Source: Blasia pusilla
Lineage: Eukaryota
Reading direction: 5' to 3'
NCBI GenBank assembly: GCA_050084515.1
Contig: CM114271.1
Location: forward strand, 29,388,001-29,452,000
Length of the DNA: 64,000 bases
Part shown: in pieces, positions 51,520-64,000 of the stretch
Layout of the letters: each line of letters starts with the position of its first letter
Numbering within the stretch: the stretch's first letter is position 1
Notes under the pieces: model-generated
Database searches by the model: none
Seen by the model: the letters and a program-made list of their open reading frames with translations, nothing else
Told to the model about the DNA's origin: nothing
Program-made: the position numbers and the translations under genes

Positions 51520-52199
51520 AATTGAGACTAAGTGCGCAAGGGTGATGCGGAAAAGTTTGATTGCTAATTGAAGGTGTTTGAAGTCAAGAGAGACCAAGGA
51601 GGAGTTTGAAGGAAGAAATTGCTCTCAGCTTGGAGAATTTGGAGACTTGAGAAGATAAGCTCAATGCCTCACTTAGTTTTCAAAGTAATTGTTATTGAGA
51701 TTGGAAGAAGAGAGAAAGAGAAACAAGTCTTTAGCGCTTGTAGACTACCATACGGGTTTGATAACTGGATTTTGAGTCATGGGTCTTGATCTTTGGTGAT
51801 CACAATCAGTGGTCTTCTTATTACCAAGAACTTCTCCCTTAATTCTTTATCTGAGAGTTCAGATGTATAGTTAAAAGTGTTTTGAGTGGCAAGTGGCGTC
51901 TGGAAAAGTTCTTTATTACCAAAAGTTCAATTTTGTTAATAGTGGTGACATGGTTTTGGCATTTAGTAGTATTTTTCCACCACAATGAGTGTACAAAGAA
52001 TAAACATTGATGTAGATATCCATATCTAGATACCACTTGCAATTGGATCTCAGAAATGATCATCAGCTTGAAAGTCGTGCCACATAGCTAAACATTAAAT
52101 CCGCTCAACCATATATACTTAATCGAGGAGATTCTTGACGGATGAATCGTTCCACCGTTAGCACGAGATCCGAATCCTCTTTCCTTGGTGCTAAGAATC

Positions 52200-54692
52200 C
52201 TACCAACTAACCCTCGATCCTATAGGCCCAAGTGACTCCACACAAGGATGGGAGGATCAACCTCTCCAAGGTTGCCACTCCTCATAAAGGAAGGGTGACC
52301 TACACTCGTAGATCACCTCCTAAGAGTAGGTCACATATGAGATCTCAAAATAAGGAATTACATGACCTCTCTAAGGCCTTGATACTATCTCACCCTACGT
52401 TCCATCTATCATGACAGTTTTCATGCAAATAGACATCGCTGCCACCATACATCGACTGTCATGCACACAACTCTAAGATCCATCTAGCTATGAATCCTAC
52501 TATATCTACATAGGAACAACTAGACAACCCAAATCACCCCCCTAGCTGGTGGTTAGGTCCCTGTAACTCCAAATAGCCTACAAAATAAGTTTAAATACCA
52601 TGCACCTTTTTTTATTTAAGATCAAGAGGTCGAGTGCTATGTCGCCCCATCATTAGTCACCTTCCTATAATCCATAACATCAAGAGTCATCTTGCGATCT
52701 ACCTATCACACCTACATACATCTGGGATAGATCCAATGTACTTGAGGAACCAAATCGAGAGGCAACATCAAACACAACATATGCCATCCTCGAGAAGACC
52801 CATTATAGACTAGCATTGTGGTTGCTCCTCTAGTAGACCCACACAACATGCATCTCAAGCCTGCAAGAACAAATACCAAGCTTGGATCAATACTCCCATC
52901 TACATTCAGAAGATGATTTGGCGCACACTTACGCACATGATCTTTCCAAACGGTACCATCACAGCCCTCTAAAATAAGGACTCTTGAAGCTAGTTTGAAG
53001 GTAAAATCTCTCACACTCACATAATAATGCGTCCCGTCGTTACGTCCAACATCTTTGGCGCCGTCTGTTGTAGATAAACATAATCACAATACTGGAATCC
53101 CCAAATCCCTGGTCGATAGCCCACTTTGATCCATGCGTAGTCTCGTATCTCAAAGTATCGCGATGTTGAGCGATAGCCAGGTTCTCAGATGCCATAGGCA
53201 TCTCCAAAAGAGCTATGCCCTCTGAGAATACGCTCACTCCCATAGATTGTCGAGGTAAAGAACCTCAACCACATCTCATCGAATAGTTGACAATGAAAAT
53301 GATGCCAAGGATGTTTGTCGACTAAAGAAATAACCCATCGCCAAGCACGGAAATTGTAGGTCCCAATCTCCTAAGTGTCCCCTCTACAATCTATACTTGC
53401 GCAATCCTCTTTTCACTATCTATAAAACTCTCTCTGCCAAACAATATGCCTACGGATGATCTCGAGAAGTCGTACGATGATCTATTAGCGCATGATCACA
53501 CAAGGGGTGAAAGTCAGCCCTAGACTCCCTTTTCTGTCAACACCTATGTTGATGCACTCAAATGTCTAAGCACTCCATGAAGAGATGCATAAGCCACTCC
53601 CTCATTCAACTTTTCTGGAAACGCTCCCAACTCAATCCCCTTGGAGAAGTGCTCCACCATAACCAACACATACCAAATATGGCGTCTTGTCAATGGTAAA
53701 GGCCCTGCAAAGTCTAAAATCCAACAATACCATAATCTCATGATCGGTAAAGGATTGAGCGATGCGCGCACCCTATCACATACAATGCATCTGGCTATAA
53801 AATGCTAAACATCAATCTCCATATCATGCCATAAATATTGAATCTGAAGCAATCTATATGTACGCTTGACTCCAAAATGATCCAACTCCTCGTGAGCATG
53901 TCCCATGACTCGTGCTTGTTGCAAAGGATACGGCACCATCCGCAATTGTCCATCCTTCCAAACTCAAAACACCTACGTCCCCTTCCACCTAAACCTCCTA
54001 GTTCACTGTAGGATCCAATCCCACTCTCTAGCACCTACCGTGCTTGCTAAGACACAAGTGCGCAAGGATTCCAAGACCATCTCATCATCATGGATGTCTC
54101 GAGTCCCTATCAACTCCTCACGAGGACTGAGGACTCACCATCCAACCTCTCTCTTGGAGTGGATGCCTCCTATCGACTTGACATTGCCAAAAAACACAAA
54201 TACGAAAATTCGTGCCAACCTCAAACCATCTCCTTATCACTTTCACCATGCCACCTAGCTCCAATTGCATCACTCTGGCTCGTGTAGGGGTTACTGCTCA
54301 ACCCGTCCACATCCAAGTTCAAATGTCTTGGGTGATGGACAACCTGAAAATTATACTCCTACAACAAGAGTGCACATATGGCAAGCTTCCCTTTGAGCTT
54401 GTCAGACTCCATCAACCATCTGAGTGGCTAATGATCAATAATGAGTGTGAAAGGGTTCTCGAACAAATAACATCTGAAATGGGTCATTGCCCACAATACA
54501 GCTAAGCACTCCCCCTCATAAGAACTTTACTTCACCTCTACAATTTTGTTGTAGTGGCTAACATATGCCACTACGAACTCCATTCCCTCATCATCTCGTT
54601 GAGTGCGCACCGTTCCTAACCCCAACATACTCTAGTCTGTATGTAACTAGAACAGATGACTACGCATGGATCTTCTCAAAATGGGCGAGGAC
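52200..54692 (-). mobile_element. 3' fragment of a second split-repeat subfamily: RNase H-integrase-PHD, purine tract, presumed B1 (~52533-52419) and start of A2 (from 52416 leftwards); left edge approximate
   Basis: WILDFAGPLP, YVLVMVEHFSK and LRCMLCGS...GWHMLCL. Shares GGACCTAACCACCAGCTAGGGGGG with the full copy. Junction GAAA-AC-TGTCATG. B and A are assigned by position only, because no second copy is in the window. Confidence 0.85.
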
Positions 54693-54699
54693 GTCAACA

Positions 54700-55060
54700 T
54701 GTCCATGAGCTCTTGAAATGCTTGCTCTTGATCATGGCCTTGAAGGTAAACTCCCATGATCCCCGTAGCTTCCTCACATCATAGAGCTTTACACCATGCC
54801 GTAACTCCTTAAATTCCTCCACAAATGGGGCAAGATAAATTTTCATGTTACCTCCATGAACCTCGCCATGAACACTCTCCTTCCATTGAAAAGGAGGGCA
54901 AGCATAACAAAAAAATTCTTTGTTTGCAACCAAGGAGGTAAGTTATAGATTACTAGTGATATTGGCCATGTTGATCAAGAACTATATTTGTCTAAAAGTG
55001 GGATCACTCCATAAAGAGCTAACTCGAATCTACAAATTCTCTTTTCTTCTCTGTCTTGGA
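54700..55060 (-). mobile_element. CACTA/En-Spm transposase (Transposase_21-like) fragment
   Basis: Minus strand reads STWPISLVIYNLPPWL and NMKIYLAPFVEEFKELRHGVKLYDV...FTFKA. Confidence 0.8.
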
Positions 55061-55589
55061 ATGCTCAGGAATCCATGATTCACCCGCCTCATCTCCCACT
55101 CACTTCTCCACCATGGTTTTTTGCGTTTGGATCATAGAAGATAGAGATGGGTAAATTAGAATTTGTGTTCCGTTACCTGGCCACACCAAAAGAGACCTCC
55201 TTAGGAAAGCAAGGATGATAGATGCAATGGGAACTTGGGTTTTGATTTCTTATTGCACTACGTTGATTTGCCAACTTGTCGAAAAACTTGGGCGCAAAAT
55301 CCTTCACACGAAAGAGCGCCAAACTTGGAACTTGAGTTTTAGTTGCTCACTACTCACTCCTTCCTTTCTGACCACAAAGAAGAGTGATGGAATTGGAATA
55401 TAAGTTTTGATTGCTCATTCCTTTCTCTCTATGCTACAAGTTGCGCTCCACATGAAAGAGCTGCATAATACAAATTTGAGTTCCGATTCCTCCCTCCTTC
55501 CTCTCTATACCATGCCACAATTATAGAGCCTCGTTGACCTTACCTTGAAGATTTATGCTAGAGTAGAATTGGAACTCAAGTCCCAATTT

Positions 55590-56169
55590 TGTCGTGCGAA
55601 TCCACATCGTCATACAACATACATCGTTGACATACCATACTCACATACATACATAACATAGACGAGAGTATCCACAAACACAAGTGTACCACAACTGAAA
55701 TCCGTGAAAGACCTACTGTCATAAAACACGTTTACAATCACATACAATCGAGCCAAACCCACTCCACGATGGGAGAATCCAGGTCGAAGCTTGCGGGAAA
55801 CACCCTAGCCAAGAGCTCTACTCACTACCAAGGCTAGCTCCCAACGCAACAGGCTCAACTCAAAGAACTGACTATTCTTTGAGTGCACTCCACCTTATAT
55901 CCTCCAACCTAAGAGCGGGCCCTACTGGGAAAGTCACCCCAACCGAGTAACCCCAACCCTATGTATGGAACCGCATCTCTACCAATCCACTACGGTCCTA
56001 CATAAGGAATGGCCTCTACTAGCACACCATACTCTACGACATAATCCATATGGTCATGACAAATGTCGTATAATCCACATCGTCATACAACATACATCGC
56101 CGACATACCATACTCACATACATACATAACATAGACGAGAGTATCCACAAACACAAGTGTACCACAACT
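55590..56169 (-). repeat. B1-A2-B2 terminal block (B ~107 bp twice, 365-bp spacer starting TGTCATG)
   Basis: 55590-55696 matches 56064-56169. Minus-strand junction is GACA-TT-TGTC. Confidence 0.92.
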
Positions 56170-59100
56170 CGCCCCCTAATCGGTTAGGTCCTCTAACTCC
56201 TGGTAGCCCTATACATCTACTACATGCTATACACCTTCTTGGGTGCCCAATCGAAGGCCGGGTGCTAGGTTGCCCCATCGTTAGTCGCACATCCGTAATC
56301 CATATCATGCAAAGATCAAGTCATCTACCTCTCCTAAGTACATCGAGACAAACCCACCTTCCAAAGAGGAACAACATCCAAACGTGAGTCAAACACATCA
56401 TGTGCCAACCCTAGAACACCGATCACACACCAACATACGGCCGCGTTACACAGCAGACCCACACAACATGCACCTCAAGCTAGCACGTATCATGGCTAAG
56501 CTTGGGTCAAGATACCATCCACATTTGGAAGATGACATGGCGCACAATTACGCACATGGTCCTTCCAAACAACTCCATCACGACCCTCCAACATGAGAAC
56601 TCCGAAGCTAACACCTCACGCACTCAGTAAAATAGTGCGGCCCGGCCGTCACATCCAACGTTGTCGGGCATCGCTGCAAATAGACATAGTCCCCACATGG
56701 AACCTACTGAATCGATGGTCGATAACCTCCACTCGAATGGTTGCATACCGCAACGTATCCCCTGTGTTGAGCAATGGCAAGATTCTCAAAGGTGTTGGCA
56801 TAACTCTCCGAAAGAGCTCCGCTCGCTGAGAACACACCTCATCCACATCTCTCGGGTCATCAAGGTTCACCACCTCACTAGACTCCCGACAATTCTTTTT
56901 TGCCGGCAAGTCCGATCTCGGCCGTATAACAGAAAATAAGGTGAGAAGGAAGCCAAGGATGCTTGGCGATCGAACCTATACCCCATGGCTAACCATGGCA
57001 ACCGAATATCCGGTCTCCAAGATGCCCCTTCAGAGGCCATACTTGCGCAATGCCCTCTTCACTGCCTCGAACCACACGCCAGCCAAACCATCCGCCTGGA
57101 TGATCTCGAGACGTGGTCCGATGATCAATCAACGCCTTGTCACACAAGACCTGAAACTCACCTCAAACTCAGACTCGGTCGGTCAAGACTTCACCAGTGG
57201 TGCACCAAAATGACTAAGCACTCTATCCGAAACATACGCCGTTCCTCACTCGCTTTGTCCGTAATGCCACCAACTCAATCTACTTGGAGAAGTGCTCCAC
57301 CATCACCAACACATATCGATGATGTCGCATACCAACGGTAACGGTCCCGCAAAGTCCACACTCCAACGGTAACCCAACCCCATAATAGGCAAGGGGTGTA
57401 ATTGTGGTGTAGGGGCATTAAATGATGCCTCACCCGGTCACAAACCATACAACGTGACACCAATGCTGCACTGAGTATGCATGCCACGCCACCAATATCG
57501 CCAAGGAGTAAGCTATACGACGCTTTACCCCAAAATGTCCCAACTCCTCATGGGCATGTCGCACAATGCGCTCTCTCTGAGCCAAATGTGGCACTACTCG
57601 TACTCTACCATCCTCCCACACGCGGAGAATATGTGTTCCCTCCAATCGATACCTATTAGCACGTTGAAGAACACGGTCTCGCTCCTTGGCACTCACTATG
57701 CCTGGCACCCTACTGGTCCGTAGGAACTCCAACACCAACGCATCATCATGAATATCACGCTGATCCGTACCACCATCTCCAACCTTAGGATCTGAAGGCT
57801 GGCCATCTACCCTCTGACTAGAGTAAGATATCACGTGGTCCTCCATACTAGAGTCCACCCCTAACCAACATAAAAAGGCGGATGCATGCCAACCTGGCAC
57901 CATCTCCTCATCAACCTCGCCATGCCATCTAGCCCCTGTTGTATCCTCTTGGCTAGTATATGGGTTCCTACTCAACCCATCAGCATGAAGGTTGGCAACT
58001 CCAGGACTATGTACCACCTGGAAGTCATACTCCTGTAAGATAAGAGCCCACCGTGCAAGCTTCCCCGTAAGCTTGTCCGACTCCATCAACCACTTGAGCG
58101 GTTGGTGATCAATAACAAGGGTAAACGGGTGCCAAACAAGTAACACCTAAAGTGTGCCCTGACCCACACTATCGCCAAGCACTCTCCCTCATATGAACTA
58201 TAGCGCGACTCCATTTGCATTATTCGAACGACTTGCATAGGCCACCACAAACTCCATGTGCTCATCATCATGTTGTGTCAACACCGCTCCAAGTCCCAAC
58301 CTACTCCAATCGTGTGTAATCGAATGGGCGCCCTCGATAGGTCTCTCAAGATAGGCGCCGCCACCAACTGGGCCTTAAGCTCCACAAAAGCTCTCTCCGA
58401 TCATCTCCCAGTGCCACTCTTGATCTGATTTCAGCAATTGGTTCAAAGGCTTTGCCATAGCACTAAATCCCTTCACATACCTCCGATAGTAGTTCCCCAA
58501 TCCCATGAATGCTCGAACTCTACTCACATCTACCAGACGCGGAATAAGTGCAATAGCCTCCACCTTTGCTTGCTGAACTCCCAAACCACCTGGATAGATC
58601 ACATGACCCAAGTACTCAACATCCTCATGGAAGAACTTACACTTTCCTAGATGCAACGTAGACCATGAGCTTTCAACCGCTCAAACACCATCTGCAAATA
58701 TATCGATGCTCCTCCACCGTGTTCTTGAACACCAAGATATCATCAATGTAACACCGAACAAAATCCAACCTCGCTAGGATCCCGTCCATCACTCTGAAAC
58801 TCGGCGGTGCATTCTTCAACCCAAAGGGTAAGAATTTCCACCTGGTACAAACAATCCTTGCCATGAGAGTTGACGCCCAAAATGTTGTCTTGGCCTTGTC
58901 ACTCTCCCGAATCGAAATTGATGGTATCTCGCCGAAGATCCAAAGTACTGAAAATCTTTGCCTGTCCCACCACATCAAAGATCTCTCAGGTGTAGGCATG
59001 GCATACCTATCGGCCTTGGTTTGCCGATTGATAGACGGTAATCTCCACACATCCGCCTATCCGTGTAGTTGCCATGCATATCCTTTTAGCAGCATGGCGT

Positions 59101-59679
59101 GGGCGATGCATACTCTCCATGCGACAACTCCACTAATCCAGCCTCCAAAAGGTCCAACGTCCTACTCGAATCAAGTCCTCTCCATATCACTATATCGGTA
59201 GGGACGACGGAAGATTGGCGTATCACTAGCCAAATCAATCCGTATACCGGGTCCAACCAGAGAACCCAACTCCTTCATGCTAAAGGCAAAACAACTCCTA
59301 TAAGCACGTAGGAACCGTGTCAGCGCCGTTTCTCACCTCCCGTAAGCTTGGGCCCAAGTAATGGCTCCCAAGTCTCCTCCTTTGGCACACTAGAGGGAGA
59401 GGGCGATGCCATTGGTCGCACGCAACCCCCTCACAAGATGGTGCACCCTTAGCTACACCATCATCTCGAACAAATAACTCCTCCACCAAAGATGAGCAAC
59501 CAACTCCACATGCCACCATTACATCCCATTTACTCCAAGGATGCAAAATACTACTCTCCTCGCTTCACCGATGCCTCTACCGCCCCGGTAGCCATCGAAG
59601 CTCATTACAAGGGGTCAAAGACCCAGACATAGTCCGAGGTCGACGCCGCTGCCGGCCATACCAAGACTCAAAATCCAAG

Positions 59680-60605
59680 TCAAACAATTCAGGTCCATGG
59701 CCGACCCAACACATGACATCGTGAAGCCTCGTAAATAGAAGCAACCATTTGTCACACCAAGAGCAAATCCCATCGCATGCTCTCTCTCATCAGCGTTAGG
59801 CTCCACCAACCGCCGCACATGAGAATCCCATACAAGCCCGAGACCACCTTCCTCGTAGGCATGTGACGCGGGAAAACTCACAAATGTGGGTACGCCATCC
59901 TAGGTCGCCCACACGGTTCACCAACGCCATGGGTGACCGATCAATAACCCTCACCACTTGAGAAAGTTGCCCAAGATTCAAGATACTATCCACCGTAAGG
60001 CAAGGATCCCGGGCCAGACCGCATCATATGCTCAACGAGAACCTCCTAGGCAACAAGTTTGTCCACCACACGTGGGCGATGTGCACGCGAGCCAACTCGC
60101 GCTACATCCAACAACACCGCTGGTCCAATCCAAGACCGCACCTCATGAACACTCGCCATCATCCGGTCCGAGTGTCACCCAACAATGGAACATTCTCCAG
60201 AATGTAAGCTAGAGCACGTGCCTGATGGACCTAAAGATGTCGTAACACCCGTAACATCTCCCGAAACAATCGAGACCTAGGGTCATATAATCCCTCACCA
60301 CGACCAGCACATGTATGACCCTGACATGGCCATCCAGCAATCACCAAATCCATAGGACCAACCCTCTCAAGGTCCCGCGCCCAACAATGCAATGTGTGAT
60401 GGTAAAGCACGCTGGTACCCACGAATAGCGATGGCGGCAACAACTCGGGTATCTCGCATCAATCGACCAATATGTCGAGATGAGACTCTCTGGGCCGTCT
60501 CATCTTGCTCCACATACACGTATCTCCGCACAGGAATACCGGCCTGCAACACTGCAGACCAAACCCGGTGCTAATCCCACCAAAGAGATCTAACACACAA
60601 ATACC
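59680..60605 (-). pseudogene. C5-cytosine DNA methyltransferase domain in second pol copy (frameshifted)
   Basis: VLDLFGGIS, RRYVYVEQD, MDLVIAGWPCQG, LFREMLRV, YILENVP, ADEREHAMGF, AMDLNCL. Confidence 0.9.
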
Positions 60606-63600
60606 CTCCGGCGGATACTTCGCCATACAATGGGTGTAGTATCCAAAGGGGATAACCTAATGGACAGAAGTAGGAGTCCGCCGTGGGGCCTCCTCTTCCT
60701 CGTGAGGTATAACAACCTCACACCAAGCCTCTGCACTAGGCGTCGCCTCCTGCCGTAGTGCACCGCCTGAACTCCAAAGTGGCACATCCAACGATGAGGA
60801 TGCCACTGCTGCAAAAATAGGGACCTCTTCTACCTCCTCATGCGCAGGAGAATCCATAGCATAAACATTACCCTCCAAAAAGTCTCCTGGCCAAGTGACT
60901 ACTCCACTAAAACCAGCCACAGATGCTAACACTGTTGGGGAAGACCCTCTTGGTCGAGCCCCAGAAATAAATCTCACAGGAACTTGGCTCATACGTCCAT
61001 CCCGGACGCCAACCAGGTCCAGAAGATTTGTCTCACCCAAGAATCCATCTAAAAACCCATCGGGTACAATACTGCTCCTCCAACTAGTACATCATACGAC
61101 TCGGCTGATGTGACTACCGCAGATACTCCCAACTAGGAGCTATCAGTCGCATGATCTGGTCTCAACTGTACAGAAAACTTTTCCCGTGTCATGAATTGAG
61201 ACCTATCATTGGCTCCTCCAAGTGATGTTTGAATCTAGAATGGGCAAGGCTCAAGCTCTGACCTCCGAATACCCAAACCAATACATGCCGCCTTTCCCAA
61301 CATCAAGGTTGGACACCGAGTCTAACAAGACTCTATCTGGTCTATACACACTGTCCCAGAGGGACTCACCAATCGGAAGATCCCACTCCGGTTGTCCAAC
61401 ATACATACACCAGGTGTAAGCCTCTCACGATCAATGGCTGGCCGGGCCTGGTAATGCATCCATCTTCGCCGCCGCCGCCAAGTAGCACCGGGTACTCAAT
61501 GCTACTCGACATAGAGGGTCGCTCCACCGCAACACCCTCATCCACCTCAACACGTAGCAATAACACTCCCACGTTCACACAACGTGGTCGCTAATCAAAT
61601 ACTGAGCTAAGTCAACTCCTAAAGCCATCGCCCGTGGCGAAAACAATGGGGATCCCAACACCGGTTGCCATCCGCAATATTGCATTGATCTTTGCATCCG
61701 TGTCTACTACACGCGATGTAGATGCCTCGATCCCCACTATCGGCTCAATAAGTCGCGAGGAACCATGGATGGAGTCCTAAGCACCTCAGACAACAAGAAT
61801 GATGGGAAGCCTAGCTTAGCCTCGCCTCACCCCTCTGTGGGTCCAACTCCTGAGAGCACCACGTGGCTCGACGCTCGAGTGGCTCCTCTCAGAATCGCAC
61901 GGTGATGCCTCAACTCTTTGTCGCACTCGCCATATAAGAGAGATCATCCCCTCCATAAGAGGTGGAAGCCCCTGCTCCCGAACTGATCTATCTTTGGATA
62001 CAGACCATAGTAGCCAACTCTCGCTCCAATCTGCTCAATCTCGGCGACCATAGGCGACTGTCAGTAGTGGTAGGGGTAGCCACCGAGGCTCTCCAACCAT
62101 TGGTCCACCTCTACCACCCCTACCACCTCTAGCACCTCGGCCTCTCTGAGCTACTCCACCACGGCCACGGCCTGATCTCAACTCTGGATGAAGATCAAAG
62201 CAACGCTCTCGAGGATGACCTAGTCTCCCTTAATGATCACACTGAGTTGGGGCCGACGAGGCCCATCCTCCAAAGTCCGTCTCCCATCCTCTTGGGGACA
62301 AAACTTCCTAACATGATCACCTCCACATGTCCAACATGATCGCCCTGCTGCCGCAGGCAGCAAATGAAGGCAATGGTCTCTGCACAAATGTCCCTCTAGG
62401 ACTTGATCGAGGTCGCGTGTACCCCACGACTCCCACCACTACTACCACCACCACTACTACGAGATTGTGAGGGTGGGGGCTGAACACTAGAAGTAGTAGT
62501 TGTATCCCCTCTTGAATGCGGATGTCACCACTCTTTTCTTCACCATGTTAAGCTCAATCTTCTCAGATAGAGCAAACACATGGGTCAATGTGGGTGAATC
62601 ATCACTCATAAGAGTAGCATCACGCACCCTACGGCGCAAATCTCTGTCCAAGATCCCATACTAAAATCGATCGCATGATCCTCGGTCACACCCTGGGTAA
62701 TGAAATCAAGCGTCGCCGATACGAGTGTATATATGCCTCACAAAGACTCTCACCAGTCTTTCGGTCAAAGTCTGAAGATTCCTCAACTTCTCCGTCTTCA
62801 CTCCTCGATAGTTCTTCTTCAACCTCTTGAAGAACTCGCAACTGGCTGAACGATGGTGGGGCACTAGTACCTCCACTAGTACCCCCACTAGTACCTCCAC
62901 CGGTACCCCCACTGCTCGCACTGCACCACTCAACGTCGGGTCGGGTGGCATAGTAGGAGCACTACTACCAATACCACCATGGGTGATAGACACATAGCCT
63001 GGAGACCAATATTGTCTCCATGCCTCAATCTCAAACAACATGGTCCTTCCTAAACTCATGGTAATCATCCATGGTGGTCCTTCCAAGTCTTTGAAACAAC
63101 CCTTCCAAGCCAAGAAGGGTGTAAATAACGTATGCGTTCGCAACATGTGCATATCACACCACATATCAAACTCTTGCATGAAGTCCTCCAACTCAATGGT
63201 GCCCATGCACCGAGTATCGTCGTGGGCCCTTCATAGCCCCATATCCACCGTCCATGTCCCAAATCAATGGAGCCGCAACACTCGATAACAACGAGAAGAC
63301 TCGGTGTTTGGAACACCCTGGTCCTCCTCTTCATCAATCGTTGGAAGTGGAAAAGGTAGCCGATACCTAAATCCACTCGTGTGAAACCACCACCGCCCGC
63401 ACTACGTCCCCAACCAGACCACCCGACACTCTGTGATGACCAACGCCGATGCCGCACCACCACCAAATTACCCAAGTGACGTCGATGTCGCTCTACTATT
63501 GTAGCTCTACTAGCTATGGGTGTAGGCAATCTAACCTCTCATCACCACAAGAAGTCTCCCCACGTCTCATGGTCATCACTCCACCTCACTATCGAGTAGC

Positions 63601-64000
63601 ACACAGGAGTAACACTACTCGAAATCAGCGTCAACCCTAACAATGGGCGCAAGCAAGCAAAAGCACGATGGAGGGGATCCGGACATAGGAAGTCCAACGA
63701 CAACCCTCCAACCGCAAATGGAAATCAAGGTAACACAATCCACCAAACGTGGTGCCCCCCGAATCCACAAAACCCACCACACAATTTCTAACGCAATAGC
63801 TACTCCGCCATGGTCGATGACGTGCTAGTCGCAAAGACTGAAAATATCACTTGCATGGAGAGGGCACAAGATACTATGCGCTAGAGGTACATCAAAGAAA
63901 CCTGAGATGCATAAAGCGCCTAACACATCTCCGAACAACACCAAATGAGCTACAACATCAGACACTGGCATAGTTAAGAACTCAGATTAAGCGCCCCTCA

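Larger units (their letters stand above)
55590..64000 (-). mobile_element. Third subfamily of the split-repeat, DNMT-carrying retroelement; 5' end (A1) lies beyond the window
   Basis: Same domain order on the minus strand: gag ~63250-62250, PR ~61330, DNMT ~60600-59680, RT ~59100-58450, RNase H ~58330-57960, IN ~57560-56650, PHD ~56470-56340. Then B1 56169-56064, presumed A2 56061-55697 and B2 55696-55590. Confidence 0.92.

Overview
This is eukaryotic plant nuclear DNA, not prokaryotic: it has spliceosomal GT-AG genes for plastid-targeted proteins. An early-diverging land plant such as a bryophyte is my inference. Three host genes are recognisable: PnsB5/NDH18-like (18343-20370 +), plastid IscA/SufA (25927-28543 -) and a DUF1997 protein (35707-38410 +). 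A fourth, unrecognised multi-exon gene probably lies at about 39537-41543 (-). The rest is mostly transposon debris: Copia, Helitron, CACTA and a deleted Ty3/gypsy with a 4-bp TSD. The highlight is a family of Ty3/gypsy-like retroelements present five times: one full copy (6028-16394 +), one nearly full copy running off the window (55590->64000 -), one 3' fragment, one solo repeat unit and one 5' fragment. Its pol reads Gag-protease-C5 DNA cytosine methyltransferase-RT-RNase H-DDE integrase-PHD finger. Instead of ordinary LTRs it has split direct repeats (A...B-A-B), TGTC...GACA ends, a 4-bp TSD, no tRNA primer-binding site and a conserved non-coding motif before B. All copies are disrupted by stops or frameshifts. 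All coordinates were read by eye, and domain edges are approximate.
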